Numbered from the stretch's first letter, positions 9,401 to 19,104 are shown. The stretch is DNA of 64,000 nt from a virus (IMGVR_UViG_3300032216_000679:7408-71407), one strand, 5' to 3'. The notes: a model not told the origin generated them from the letters alone. Program-made: numbers and translations.

Positions 9401-10273
9401 ACTCCTTCATCAATTCAACCAACAGGAGATATCAATCAGTACAGAATTACAATTCCAATAAATAAAGACAAGGCTCAGGTATATACGGTTGGGGCATTGA
9501 ATTTCTTCCTTATGACAAATCTTCCTGGTACAGCAAATCAAATTCCATTTCTTGAAATTAAAGATAAAAATGGAATAACATTCTTGGCATTAGATAAAAC
9601 TTCTACAGAAACAGTTATTAAGGCATATAGTCAGCCAGATGTTTTTTTCATTGATGGTGGAAATGCTTATACTGATGAATGGACAAACTATTGGGATTGT
9701 GAATATTCTCCAGATACATATACCAAGACTATAAATGTTACGGTTTCTTCAGTCAATGAATCTAATTCTGTAAAAACTTATCAAGAAGTAACTAGTCCCA
9801 CATTTTATCAAAATGGAAAATATGTAAAAAATCCTTTAATTAAAAATGATGAATGGAATGTTATTGGAATATCTTTTAAAGATGAATTAGATTTTAGCGA
9901 CTTTGCTGAAGGGACTTTAAGTTTATTTGGAGGATTTACATTTGATAACGTATCTTACTTCCTTGCAGATTCATTAGGAATCAAAAGAGACTTAATATTG
10001 CGTAAATGGAACGATGTTCTCAACAAAGATGATGCTGGACAAGTTATTAGTCCACCAAATGTTTGGTCCTATTGGAATGAAGATACTTGGGAGCACGTTT
10101 ATGTAAGTGGAGGAAAGACTTCTTATTTAACTGGTCCAAAGAATATTTATAAAGCCTATACCGCCACAAATTCTTATATATCTGATGATGACATGGGAAT
10201 GAAAATGCGTCAAGAACAAACGTCAATCATTATTGGCGCATCTTGGTTAGACTATGTTCAAAAACCCGTATAA
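6479..10273 (+). CDS. large virion structural protein with a LamG/concanavalin-A-like domain
   Basis: YAERVFAEHPIAMWSMDD start; YTLEMWI...HLLI...LLINGE LamG-like pattern; about 1260 aa, beta-rich. Confidence 0.55.
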   Translation: MSISGNKYAERVFAEHPIAMWSMDDSVYYISLLNDNDRLFSYWNLTGCVADDTPYPLPSSTLPIDSDVYSSITKTNDSAGTITAVSPVIFGLNDVSNKIPTFCVNFWLYQEATFINWFKVGYSYLDDNNQLQEVLSDEIPPPETSSWLNFNHTYALPENWNGSLKLIIKVDFLSTFGAGSNGYVILNGLSVGQESETSCYENLGSNAVISLPDSVGADFSDLSGMVADQYGTSFDNGYYIVNNNFLMAKNDGMPIIYGSDSCTKIYSYDSSSNYPSFIFPGKGMLNDSGRNKVYTLEMWIKVDPKTTSAKKIIGPVSGNNGIYVKEGFITLVVGNEIASHCVGEWYRPMLLHLLIKEDVACLLINGEQVVQVPFNRSTIDLPNDRDWWGVYSYPSIKMFSVDCVSVFPYIVANSVAKRRFVYGQGSPAIQTIDNKFGGTPASIDFSTAEYNSSIIYPDIARWDAGYFDNIEANKNYLSVPNYSLPIINIGDRDIYQWYKDNKSVYELESETNTTPHFISFRPNIEDNGTTWNRISGTDYVSQSYLNFPTLNILKNTVSAVYGVFEIKDDIEDSRTLMSFINVINEQSFDINITGNEIKYYLDGIELENSFQSAEINKPFVVGINFEKATEYYGSDISRFFSSPSSIQLYVGGNSLNTFEGKIYTVGFCNENNYNKISETFNDYGFSKSGTDQEIFDHISSYTLIPEYEYGQLFLDISISSEWEEYYPLTYFASYVKNGQGNMTYDLDMLQVNLGYASPQLNELWKYQQLLDEYSSLTYEDLKESVHINYINYFNLKKNNQSGNVNDIKGSSVETYFTFQKLSDGANAPLSSFPYTKELSDTNSIDADLENTDDMPKKAYQTKFIFTDDVVVYPPKKNNFEDYAIVAHFVINQRSILKNPLKIKSFEISSKNFNYANYLDPEIQKNYVGTKFGTKIYPEINLYGLKDYKNKNPYVISKKTTPYIYTTKKSGVKVLTPSSIQPTGDINQYRITIPINKDKAQVYTVGALNFFLMTNLPGTANQIPFLEIKDKNGITFLALDKTSTETVIKAYSQPDVFFIDGGNAYTDEWTNYWDCEYSPDTYTKTINVTVSSVNESNSVKTYQEVTSPTFYQNGKYVKNPLIKNDEWNVIGISFKDELDFSDFAEGTLSLFGGFTFDNVSYFLADSLGIKRDLILRKWNDVLNKDDAGQVISPPNVWSYWNEDTWEHVYVSGGKTSYLTGPKNIYKAYTATNSYISDDDMGMKMRQEQTSIIIGASWLDYVQKPV

Positions 10274-10275
10274 TC

Positions 10276-10284
10276 TGGTACAAT
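10276..10284 (+). promoter_or_regulatory. extended -10 TGGTACAAT, 7 nt before ATG (leaderless)
   Basis: motif and spacing. Confidence 0.65.
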
Positions 10285-10291
10285 TAGTAAC

Positions 10292-10660
10292 ATGAATGAG
10301 CAAAATAACGGAAAAATTGGCAACTCTAAGTTAACCTTTATACCAAAAATGTATGATTGGGGACTATATTTTTGGAAATTACCAAGTGGACACCTGTTTC
10401 ACGATGGTCAAGGAAACCTGTTAAATATTCAATCTATGCGTGGAGATTTATCAAAGATGGCAGAATTAAAGGCTGCTGCTGCTCACTACGGTCAGCCAGA
10501 AGGTACTCCTTGGTTCTATGCTGGAATTAATCGTGCAACAGAAGAAGAGCATAGCGAACAAGTAAGCAGAATGAAAGAGGGACTCATCCCTAACCTTAAT
10601 GATCTTGGCGCTGTAGCGGCGGCACAAAAGACTATGCAATTGTATGGAAATGAGGAATAA
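10292..10660 (+). CDS. hypothetical protein upstream of the portal
   Basis: 122-aa ORF with its own promoter; TAATG coupling to the portal. Confidence 0.75.
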   Translation: MNEQNNGKIGNSKLTFIPKMYDWGLYFWKLPSGHLFHDGQGNLLNIQSMRGDLSKMAELKAAAAHYGQPEGTPWFYAGINRATEEEHSEQVSRMKEGLIPNLNDLGAVAAAQKTMQLYGNEE

Positions 10661-12294
10661 TGGAAGATTTTAAAAGTTATATTGATGCAAGAATGTCCAC
10701 TTATAACAGAGAAGAGCCATTCGCTAATGCAGATCCATTTGCAAAGTCTTGGGAAGAATTAAGAGATTTAAGTGGTGTATCTACAAACTTTAAAAGAAAA
10801 ACTACAAGAGTAGAAAAAGCAAATACCACCGTAAATCAAGTTCCTCGCCAAGCAGATGGTCAGATTGATCAGAGATATATTTCTTCAGCAATGGCACAGC
10901 CTGCGGGTACTAATGGGGCAAATTCAAAAAGAATTAATCCTGGGCAGGTATATCGCAATGGCTATGGAATCTTTGACGTAATTACTCCTCCATATAACAT
11001 GTACGAACTTTCTTCTTATTACGATACCTCGTTTGCCAACCATGCTGCAATTGATGCCAAGGTATCAAATACTGTTGGTCTTGGTTATAGTTTTCAAATG
11101 ACTCCTACAACAGTAATGAAACTTGATTCTGTAGAAAATGAAAAAGCAAAAAGTGCAGCAAAGAAAAGAATTGAAAGACTTAAGATTCAATTAGCAGAAT
11201 GGATTGAATCATGTAATGATGAAGACAGTTTTACAAAAACTATGGAAAAGGTCGTGACTGATCTTGAGGCTACTGGAAATGGTTATATTGAAATTGGACG
11301 AACTGTTGCGGGAGATATCGGATACATTGGACACATTCCATCAACAACGATGAGAGTTCGTCGTATTCGTGATGGATATATTCAAATCATTGCAGGAACT
11401 ATTGTATATTTCCGTAATTTTGGTGCCACCAATCCAAATCCAATTACTGATGATCCTCGTCCTAATGAGATTATTCATATTAAAGAATATTCTCCACTTA
11501 ACACCTTCTATGGTATTCCAGATATTGTTGCATCAATGACTTCCCTCGTTGGTGATCAAATGGCTGCTCAATATAATATTGATTACTTTGAGAATAAGGC
11601 TGTTCCACGATACATCGTTACCGTAAAAGGTGCGAAGTTAACTCCAGAGGCAGAGGATAAACTATTTAGATTCTTACAGACAGGTCTTAAAGGTCAAAGC
11701 CATCGTACACTTTATATTCCTCTTCCTGGCGATAGTGAGGGAAGCAAGATTGAATTTGAGATGCATCCTATTGAGTCTGGCGTACAAGAGGCATCATTTG
11801 AGAAATATAGAAAGCAAAATCGTGATGATATCCTCATGGCTCATCAGGTTCCCCTATCCAAATTAGGCGGGGTAGATGGAGCAGCCGTTGCAGCAGCCAT
11901 GACACAAGACCGTACATTTAAAGAGCAAGTATCTCGTCCAGCACAGCAATACTTAGAAAAAATTCTTAATAAGATTATTAAAGAAAAGACTGATCTTGTA
12001 GAACTTAAATTTAATGAACTTACGCTTACCGATGAAATTGCTCAATCACAAATTCTTGAACGTTATGTTAAGAATAAGATCATTGTTCCAAATGAGGCAA
12101 GAGAAAAGATTGGTTATTCACAACTAGACGGAGGAGATCAGCCACTTGAATTAAATCCAAGACAAGCAGCAGATGCTAAGGCAAACACTGCACAAAATCG
12201 TCAAAGAGATACGCAAAGGTCAAACAACCAGTCAGATGGTGCTGGTGCTGTGACTGGACGCAATCCCAAAGGCGAGGGCGCAAAAACATCATAA
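10660..12294 (+). CDS. portal protein
   Basis: DLEATGNGYIEI, EIIHIKEYSP...YGIPDI, NIDYFENKAVP, ILMAHQVP, NEAREKIGY; position before protease and MCP. Confidence 0.9.
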   Translation: MEDFKSYIDARMSTYNREEPFANADPFAKSWEELRDLSGVSTNFKRKTTRVEKANTTVNQVPRQADGQIDQRYISSAMAQPAGTNGANSKRINPGQVYRNGYGIFDVITPPYNMYELSSYYDTSFANHAAIDAKVSNTVGLGYSFQMTPTTVMKLDSVENEKAKSAAKKRIERLKIQLAEWIESCNDEDSFTKTMEKVVTDLEATGNGYIEIGRTVAGDIGYIGHIPSTTMRVRRIRDGYIQIIAGTIVYFRNFGATNPNPITDDPRPNEIIHIKEYSPLNTFYGIPDIVASMTSLVGDQMAAQYNIDYFENKAVPRYIVTVKGAKLTPEAEDKLFRFLQTGLKGQSHRTLYIPLPGDSEGSKIEFEMHPIESGVQEASFEKYRKQNRDDILMAHQVPLSKLGGVDGAAVAAAMTQDRTFKEQVSRPAQQYLEKILNKIIKEKTDLVELKFNELTLTDEIAQSQILERYVKNKIIVPNEAREKIGYSQLDGGDQPLELNPRQAADAKANTAQNRQRDTQRSNNQSDGAGAVTGRNPKGEGAKTS

Positions 12295-12327
12295 CAATTT
12301 AATAAAAGGTGTATAATGGGAAATAGT

Positions 12328-13920
12328 ATGGATATTAATAAAACGGCTTGGTCAACAAAAGATGGAAATATTACGCTATCAATGCCTATTGCAAAGGTAG
12401 ATAAAGAACGACGTATTGTTTCTGGATTTGCTACTCTTGATAACCTTGATCGTCAAGGAGATGTTGTTCCTGCCGAAGCAAGCGTTAAAGCATTTGAAAC
12501 ATTCCGTGGGAATATCCGTGAAATGCATCAGCCCAAGGCTGTTGGTAAAATTGTATCTTTTAAAGAAGACAAGTATTTTGATCAAGAATCAAAGAAGTTT
12601 TATAATGGAGTTTATGTTTCTGCTTATGTAAGCAAGGGCGCTCAAGACACTTGGGAAAAAGTTCTTGACGGTACGCTTACTGGATTCTCAATTGGTGGAG
12701 AGATTCATGATTCAGAAAAGGTTTATGATGAGACTCTTGGCAAATCTTATCAGGTAATTAAGGAATATTCTTTAAGTGAGTTGTCTTTAGTAGACAATCC
12801 TGCAAATCAATTTGCAAACGTTATTAGTATTGAAAAAGGACAAATGACAGGCTATCTTTCCAAGGCACTTATTGAAAATGTTTTTTGGTGCAATTCAGAT
12901 GACATTATTCGTTTATCAGATGATTCCTCATCTTCCTGCCCACAATGCGATAAGTCAATGCATAATATTGGTTTTGTTGAGAGCAATGACTCTGACAAGG
13001 CTTCAGTGGTAAAGTCAATGATTTCTGAGGCTAAGAAAATTCATATTCAAAAAGGCATTGAAGAAGGTTCTTATGTTAGTTTTGCTGAAGGTTTTGGCAA
13101 AGTTTATCAAGTTATCCTTAGTGGTGGGGTACGACTATCATCTGAAGAAATGGCATATGTTGCAAAATCAGATGACCCAATTGTGATTATTAAGGTCTAT
13201 TCACAAAATAACGGTATAATGATACCAAGCAATCGTCGCGTTATTAAAAATATTTCTTCATTAGAAAAGGTTAATGCGATTAGTAAATCACAGGTAGAGG
13301 AGGTAAGCAAGATGGAATCAAACATTATTGTAGTAGATGAAATTGAGAAGAGCATGAGCGAAACAGTTATTGAACCAGCCGCTCAGGATGCCGTTCCTAC
13401 ACATGCAATTGACAATACTCAGTCAGAGGTTGTTGGCAAGGCAAGCATGGTCGATGAAGAAGGCGCAGCACACGAGGCCACTGAGACTTCCGCTGAAGAA
13501 GAAACAGAGACACAAAAGGGTATGGCTAATTGCAAGGAATGCGGAATGTCATGTTCATCCTCTGATATGAAGGATGGAATGTGCCAAAAGTGCTATGGCA
13601 TGGGCAAGGCTGATGATTCTGCTGAAGTTGCAAAATCAATTTCAGAAATCACAGCAACTGTTGCATCTGCACTTTCCACTCTTGCTGAGACAGTAAAGGC
13701 TCTAGATGCCAAGATTGAAGGCATTAATAAGTCTGTCGCTGGATTAAGCACAGAGGTAAATGAAGTAAAAGATAGTTTTGGTAAGCGCGTGGATGCTGTA
13801 GAAAAGGACACCGCTTTCCGTAAGTCTGCTGATCTTGGCGAGATCTTGCAGGAAGTACCAACAATCGTAGAGAAATCTGCGTGGGGCGGTCGTTTCCTCA
13901 CAAATGCCGACCTATTTTAA
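12328..13920 (+). CDS. prohead protease fused to accessory domains and a scaffold region (ORF track start 12316)
   Basis: RRIVSGFATLDNLDRQGD, REMH, GFSIGG, ELSLVDNPAN; acidic linker and C-terminal coiled coil. Confidence 0.88.
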   Translation: MDINKTAWSTKDGNITLSMPIAKVDKERRIVSGFATLDNLDRQGDVVPAEASVKAFETFRGNIREMHQPKAVGKIVSFKEDKYFDQESKKFYNGVYVSAYVSKGAQDTWEKVLDGTLTGFSIGGEIHDSEKVYDETLGKSYQVIKEYSLSELSLVDNPANQFANVISIEKGQMTGYLSKALIENVFWCNSDDIIRLSDDSSSSCPQCDKSMHNIGFVESNDSDKASVVKSMISEAKKIHIQKGIEEGSYVSFAEGFGKVYQVILSGGVRLSSEEMAYVAKSDDPIVIIKVYSQNNGIMIPSNRRVIKNISSLEKVNAISKSQVEEVSKMESNIIVVDEIEKSMSETVIEPAAQDAVPTHAIDNTQSEVVGKASMVDEEGAAHEATETSAEEETETQKGMANCKECGMSCSSSDMKDGMCQKCYGMGKADDSAEVAKSISEITATVASALSTLAETVKALDAKIEGINKSVAGLSTEVNEVKDSFGKRVDAVEKDTAFRKSADLGEILQEVPTIVEKSAWGGRFLTNADLF

Positions 13921-13956
13921 CAAACAGAAAGAAAAATTTCAGGAGGTGAAAGTCAA

Positions 13957-15120
13957 ATGACAGAAGAAAACAATCTAGATACTAATCTAGTAGAAAAGAA
14001 TCAACCTGGTACAACAGGTACTGGACACGTTGGAGGTACAGCCCCTGGTCTTTACCAAGGCCAAGGCGCAGTTGCTAATACAGGCATCGGCGGCACAACC
14101 AACCTAGGTTCAGATGCTTGGGGCACAGCAGGAAATATTCCAGCAGCCAACTATGGATCAACATCAGGCCCAAATGCCGTTAATCCATCAGGTACACCAG
14201 GTGGTATTCTAAATCCCGAACAGTCTCGTCGTTTTATCGACTACGTTTGGGACGCAACAGTTCTCGCCCAAGATGGCCGTAGAGTTACAATGCGTGCAAA
14301 CACGATTGAACTTGAGAAGGTTAACGTTGGTGAGCGTGTAATTCGTGCCGCTGCTCAGGCAGAAGGTTCATACACAAACGCTGGTGCAACATTCACAAAG
14401 GTAGAACTTACCACAAAGAAGATTCGTCTTGACTGGGAGGTTTCAACAGAGGCACTTGAAGATAATATCGAAGGCTCCTCACTTGAAGACCACCTAGTTC
14501 GTTTGATGACAAATGCTTTTGGTAATGACCTTGAGGATCTTGCTATCAATGGCAATGGTGGTGCAGACCCATTCTTGGGAATCATGACTGGTTTCGTAAA
14601 GCAGGTTCAGTTCGGAACTGAATCTCACGAAGCAGTTGTTGACGTAACAAGTGGCTGGACCCCAGAAGTAATGCAACAGATCATCTATGCATTACCACGC
14701 AAGTACCGTGCAATCAAGTCTGGCCTCAAGTTCTATGCAGGCACAGACGTATTCGCAAACATTGTCAAGCATAATGGTACACTTGCCGATGCAATCGCAT
14801 CAGCACTTGATCCCCGTGTTTCTGGTACACCCCAACGCCGTGAGGATTACCTCTCAGGCATGGGCCAGACATTCGGTGGCGCTCGTACCACTCGTGTTCT
14901 TGGCATTGATGTTCAGGAAGTTCCCTACTACCCTGCGGATTTTGTAGATCTTACATTCCCACAGAACCGTGTATGGGGCTTCCAGCGCGATATCACAGTC
15001 AACCGTGAATACAAGCCCAAGAAGGACACAATTGAATACACAGTATTCGTCCGTTTTGGTCTTACATGGGAAGAACTTGATGCAGTTGCTTACGCAGATA
15101 CAAATGTATTTACATCATAA
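13957..15120 (+). CDS. major capsid protein (HK97 fold)
   Basis: GGILNPEQSRRFIDY, ELTTKKIRLDWE, DLEDLAING, QRDITVNREY; strong SD AGGAGGTG. Confidence 0.9.
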   Translation: MTEENNLDTNLVEKNQPGTTGTGHVGGTAPGLYQGQGAVANTGIGGTTNLGSDAWGTAGNIPAANYGSTSGPNAVNPSGTPGGILNPEQSRRFIDYVWDATVLAQDGRRVTMRANTIELEKVNVGERVIRAAAQAEGSYTNAGATFTKVELTTKKIRLDWEVSTEALEDNIEGSSLEDHLVRLMTNAFGNDLEDLAINGNGGADPFLGIMTGFVKQVQFGTESHEAVVDVTSGWTPEVMQQIIYALPRKYRAIKSGLKFYAGTDVFANIVKHNGTLADAIASALDPRVSGTPQRREDYLSGMGQTFGGARTTRVLGIDVQEVPYYPADFVDLTFPQNRVWGFQRDITVNREYKPKKDTIEYTVFVRFGLTWEELDAVAYADTNVFTS

Positions 15121-15137
15121 TAAAATGTGATGATGTT

Positions 15138-15167
15138 GAGGGAGGCAGCCTAAAAACTGCCTCCCTT
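15138..15167 (+). terminator. hairpin after the MCP gene
   Basis: GAGGGAGGCAG / CTGCCTCCCTT inverted repeat. Confidence 0.7.
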
Positions 15168-15177
15168 AAACATATTC

Positions 15178-15186
15178 TGATATAAT
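15178..15186 (+). promoter_or_regulatory. extended -10 TGATATAAT followed by SD AAGGAGG
   Basis: motif directly after the hairpin. Confidence 0.7.
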
Positions 15187-15203
15187 TGCAAAAGGAGGTT
15201 TAT

Positions 15204-15695
15204 ATGTCAGAGAATTTTTCAGAAATGACCGCAAGAGAATTAAAAGAATATGCTCAGATCAATAATATTGATCTTGGAGATACAAAGACAAAAACTGGTA
15301 TTATTGCAATTCTTACAGGAACAGACTCTTATTTAGCAGAAGCATTAGAGGCTTCAGAAATCACAGATGTAGAAGAGACAAGAAATGGAGATGCCATTAT
15401 GTCCGTTATTCCAGAAAGAACTGCTCCACCACAATCAAACTTAGCCCCTGTAAATAATGATGGCGTTGTAGCATCAAAGGCTGCAAGCAGACCAAAGCCC
15501 ATAGTTGAAGAAGAAGTTAAAGATATTTCAAAAAAGATTGCTCTTTGGTCACCAAAAAGTATTACTTGGGAAAATGTTGGTCGTTTAACACCTGGTTACA
15601 ATATTGTTACTAAGGAGGCTTCCGAAAAGTGGCTTACTCGCAACGGTATTAGAATTGCAACTCCAGAAGAGATGGCTACTTATTACGGAAAGTAA
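15204..15695 (+). CDS. hypothetical protein with an N-terminal Rho-N/SAP-like helical motif
   Basis: FSEMTARELKEYAQINNIDL...KTGIIAIL. Confidence 0.6.
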   Translation: MSENFSEMTARELKEYAQINNIDLGDTKTKTGIIAILTGTDSYLAEALEASEITDVEETRNGDAIMSVIPERTAPPQSNLAPVNNDGVVASKAASRPKPIVEEEVKDISKKIALWSPKSITWENVGRLTPGYNIVTKEASEKWLTRNGIRIATPEEMATYYGK

Positions 15696-15697
15696 TA

Positions 15698-16639
15698 ATG
15701 GAAATTGCTAGATTAGAACCATTCCCTATTGTTGCAAATTATTCTGGATTAGAACCAAACATAGATTATACAATTCCTATTACAGATGATCATAGTGTAT
15801 GGATAGATACACTTTATGCAACAAGCGATGAAGACGGCAATCTAGCAATTACAATGAGTGATTATTTTTCAAAATATGATGATGAATATAATCTAAAGGT
15901 TTATAATCCTGATGGCAGAATGGTACTATTTGATACTTTAACAATTATGCGACCATATTTTGATCCAAAACTTGTAGCAGAAACAGAAGAAGAACTTGCT
16001 GACATTATTTATTATGAAAGAATGGCTCGTGCAATAATTACTTCTATTACTGGAGGATTTCAGTTTCAACTTCAAAGAATTGAAGCGGTAGGTACTGGAG
16101 CAGATTTTCTTTCATTACCATATAGATTAAATAATATACTTCAAGTATACGAAAATAACATTCTTGTATATAATGCAGAAGATCCAACGTTTACTAACAT
16201 TAGAGACTATTTTATTACATTTGATCAAGCAACAATTGCTGTTGCACAAGCAGGAACTTGGGACAGAAAACAGGGTAGATCAACAAGACCACAAATACCT
16301 TCATCAGATTCATTTACTATGTACAATACTAATGATTCTCCAAATATCATTATGGATGCTATGGGAACTCCATCCTTTCCTAATGGTTGGGATTATCAAA
16401 TTTATGTTGAATCTGGATACCCCCTTATTCCTGCCGATATTTCCTACGCTGCACAACTTATTGTTAATGATATGAAATGCAATAATCTTCCTTACATAAA
16501 TCAATACATTTCTCAATATAAGAGTGATCAGTTTAATATTAATTTCCATGACTTAGCATTTAAGGATACGGGTAATAGAATCGCAGACAGAATTCTTTCT
16601 GCCTACGTCAGACCAGTTTATCGCTTAGGGGTATTGTAG
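15698..16639 (+). CDS. head-tail adaptor
   Basis: position after the MCP; GYPLIPADISYAAQLIV adaptor-like C-terminus. Confidence 0.6.
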   Translation: MEIARLEPFPIVANYSGLEPNIDYTIPITDDHSVWIDTLYATSDEDGNLAITMSDYFSKYDDEYNLKVYNPDGRMVLFDTLTIMRPYFDPKLVAETEEELADIIYYERMARAIITSITGGFQFQLQRIEAVGTGADFLSLPYRLNNILQVYENNILVYNAEDPTFTNIRDYFITFDQATIAVAQAGTWDRKQGRSTRPQIPSSDSFTMYNTNDSPNIIMDAMGTPSFPNGWDYQIYVESGYPLIPADISYAAQLIVNDMKCNNLPYINQYISQYKSDQFNINFHDLAFKDTGNRIADRILSAYVRPVYRLGVL

Positions 16640-17118
16640 TGAAAGGTTTAATGCCATGTTACAGTCTCTTTTTTCCTATGCATGTTGATGTTTATTATGC
16701 ATATGAAGAGCAAGACGATTACGGAAAAATGACCAAACAATGGATGCTTGATAGAACAGAACATTGTTCAATTTTTTCAATTAGCGATAAAGCAAATGAT
16801 GAAAACTTTACTTTTGATAGCAATAGAAGAGGAAAAGAATTTTTCAAATTAGAAACAATGCTTTATGGTAGAACTCAAACAGATTTAAGAAAATCTTCAA
16901 CTGGAGAATACTATCCAGTTTCACATATTCTTGTTAAAAATATTCGTGGGTTAGAAACTGATGAATCATTTTTTATAGAAACTCTTGCTGGATATGAAGG
17001 AGAGCCAACAATATATGAAGTTAAAGCAAATCAACCCTTTGTCGGTCCTTTTAATACTGTAGAATATTATAAGATTCAATTAGAGCGTTCTGATATTCAG
17101 GGTGAAATTACAACATGA
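16639..17118 (+). CDS. head closure/stopper protein
   Basis: synteny and size; EEQDDYGKMTKQW pattern. Confidence 0.5.
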   Translation: MKGLMPCYSLFFPMHVDVYYAYEEQDDYGKMTKQWMLDRTEHCSIFSISDKANDENFTFDSNRRGKEFFKLETMLYGRTQTDLRKSSTGEYYPVSHILVKNIRGLETDESFFIETLAGYEGEPTIYEVKANQPFVGPFNTVEYYKIQLERSDIQGEITT

Positions 17119-17789
17119 TAAAGTCAACAATAAATAGCACTAATTTAAATCAAATTTTAAAAAATGCCATAAAGTATTCTGATGGATTTATTGAAGGAAT
17201 AGAAATGGAAAAAATAGAATTTCATAGAATCTTAGGCGGGTATGCAACAGAGGCACTAGGTAAATACATAGACGCTAAGGCTAGAATGGCCCCACAGACT
17301 CTTCATCACGTTTATGAGTGGGATGCCGTTGGACAAGAATCTTCAAGACTGTTTAGTTTTAATGTTACCGCAACAAAAACAAATATCATTATTACTGGAA
17401 AATTTCTTCCATCAAAAACTATAAGCAGAAATTCTCATGTACCGTTTCCAGATAAAGCAAACATGATGGAAAATTCTATAGAGATAATTATTAAACCAAA
17501 AAATTCAGATGTTCTTGCCTTTAAGAGCGATGGAGAAATGGTGTTTACAAGAAATACTATTTATATAGATCATCCTGGTGGAGATGAAGTTGCTGGAAGT
17601 TTTGGTAATACCGTTGATGATTTTTTTAATAATTATTTTAAGAATTCATTGCTTAAAGGATTTTTGGATCAACTTTCAACTGCTAAGCAGTTTTCAGAAG
17701 ATTTTGCCGCTGGCACAAAAAACGGTAAATCTGTTGGTGTTAAGTCTGGCAGAAAATATCTTCATGTATCAGGAGTCGTTATAGAATGA
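17115..17789 (+). CDS. neck / tail completion protein
   Basis: synteny between stopper and tail terminator. Confidence 0.45.
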   Translation: MIKSTINSTNLNQILKNAIKYSDGFIEGIEMEKIEFHRILGGYATEALGKYIDAKARMAPQTLHHVYEWDAVGQESSRLFSFNVTATKTNIIITGKFLPSKTISRNSHVPFPDKANMMENSIEIIIKPKNSDVLAFKSDGEMVFTRNTIYIDHPGGDEVAGSFGNTVDDFFNNYFKNSLLKGFLDQLSTAKQFSEDFAAGTKNGKSVGVKSGRKYLHVSGVVIE

Positions 17790-18289
17790 GCCTATCAGAT
17801 TTAACTTTACCAATCCTTGCTGTCAATGGATATCTTTGGGATACTATGAAACAACTTGAACCAACATTTAATGATACTTATGGCAATACTATTCCATTTT
17901 TCCCTTTGAGTGATTCTGCAACTGGATCTGGATGGGAGAGCAAAGCATACATAATTTATGACAGAATTATGAGAACTACGCCCAATCCATTTTATCCAAT
18001 AAAAAAGGATCATATTATTTATAATGTTAAAGCAAAAGATATTGAAACATTGCAGTGGGGTTTGGCAGTTCAATATATCCTTGATAGGTATGATGATGCT
18101 GCTCAAGACATAAATGATTGGAATAGAAATAAGGGAAATCCTTATAAAGTTTATTTTCATAATTTGAGGGTATACCAAGAAGATGCTTCAGTAAATAGAA
18201 ACTTCAGCACAAGACCATTCTATATTACTCAGTTTATTGTAGAATCAGAATATCACTTTACAGAATCAATTGAATCTATATTGTCATAA
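17786..18289 (+). CDS. tail terminator protein
   Basis: synteny; directly upstream of the tail tube gene. Confidence 0.5.
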   Translation: MSLSDLTLPILAVNGYLWDTMKQLEPTFNDTYGNTIPFFPLSDSATGSGWESKAYIIYDRIMRTTPNPFYPIKKDHIIYNVKAKDIETLQWGLAVQYILDRYDDAAQDINDWNRNKGNPYKVYFHNLRVYQEDASVNRNFSTRPFYITQFIVESEYHFTESIESILS

Positions 18290-18356
18290 AAACAATATAT
18301 AATTATCTTGAGGAAACAAACCGCCAAATCAAATAAAATAGAAGAGGTGAAAAATT

Positions 18357-19037
18357 ATGGCAGATTATACCCGTGGTGATTCAAAGCAAATCATCGTAGG
18401 CGCAGCAGCACTTTTTGTTAGCACAGGAAGCGAATTTGATCCAGCAACAGGTGGAACAGACTTCCCTAACTTTGCTTCTGGTGAAAAGTACCAAAAGACA
18501 CTAACAAACTGGGCAGGCGCTCGTAACATTGGATTCACATCCAATGGACTAGAAATTCAGTTCCAGCCAAATTTTGGTGAGGTTAACGTTGATCAGTTGC
18601 TAGACGTTGCTAAGTTGTACAAGCAAGGAATGAAGGTAGACCTCAAGACTTCTTTCGCAGAAGCCACACTTGAGAACCTTCTCATTGCTATTGCAGCACC
18701 AGCATCAGACTACAGCACAAGCAAGTTAATTGATCCACTAACCGCAAATGCTTCAGGCGCAACCGCTACATCCCTCAATCTTTCCTCAGGAAACATTGGC
18801 GAATGTCCAGTAGAGCGTGGCCTCGTTGCAGTAGGTCCAGGCACAGGCGACTGTGATCCAGGCCAGTACATTGAAAGAGTATACATTGCTTACCGTGCAT
18901 TGTCAATCGACAACGTTACAGTAAATGCAAAGCGTGACGCTGCTTCAATGTTTGACGTATCATTCCGCTTGCTTCCAAATGGCGCAACAGGTTCATACGG
19001 CAAGATCATTGACCGCACAGTTTCAACTGGTTCATGA
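18357..19037 (+). CDS. major tail (tube) protein
   Basis: IIVGAAALF, NIGFTSNGLEI.FQPNF..V.VDQ, FAEATLENL; highly expressed codon style; SD GAGGTG. Confidence 0.8.
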   Translation: MADYTRGDSKQIIVGAAALFVSTGSEFDPATGGTDFPNFASGEKYQKTLTNWAGARNIGFTSNGLEIQFQPNFGEVNVDQLLDVAKLYKQGMKVDLKTSFAEATLENLLIAIAAPASDYSTSKLIDPLTANASGATATSLNLSSGNIGECPVERGLVAVGPGTGDCDPGQYIERVYIAYRALSIDNVTVNAKRDAASMFDVSFRLLPNGATGSYGKIIDRTVSTGS

Positions 19038-19065
19038 TAATTTAAAAATAACTTAATAGTCGATT

Positions 19066-19090
19066 GCCCCTCTGGAAACAGGGGGGCTTT
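19066..19090 (+). terminator. intrinsic terminator-like hairpin after the tail tube gene
   Basis: GCCCCTCTG-GAAA-CAGGGGGGC followed by TTT. Confidence 0.75.
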
Positions 19091-19095
19091 CGTCA

Positions 19096-19104
19096 TGCTA
19101 TAAT
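19096..19104 (+). promoter_or_regulatory. extended -10 TGCTATAAT for the tail chaperone gene
   Basis: motif directly after the hairpin; SD GAAAGGGA follows. Confidence 0.65.
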
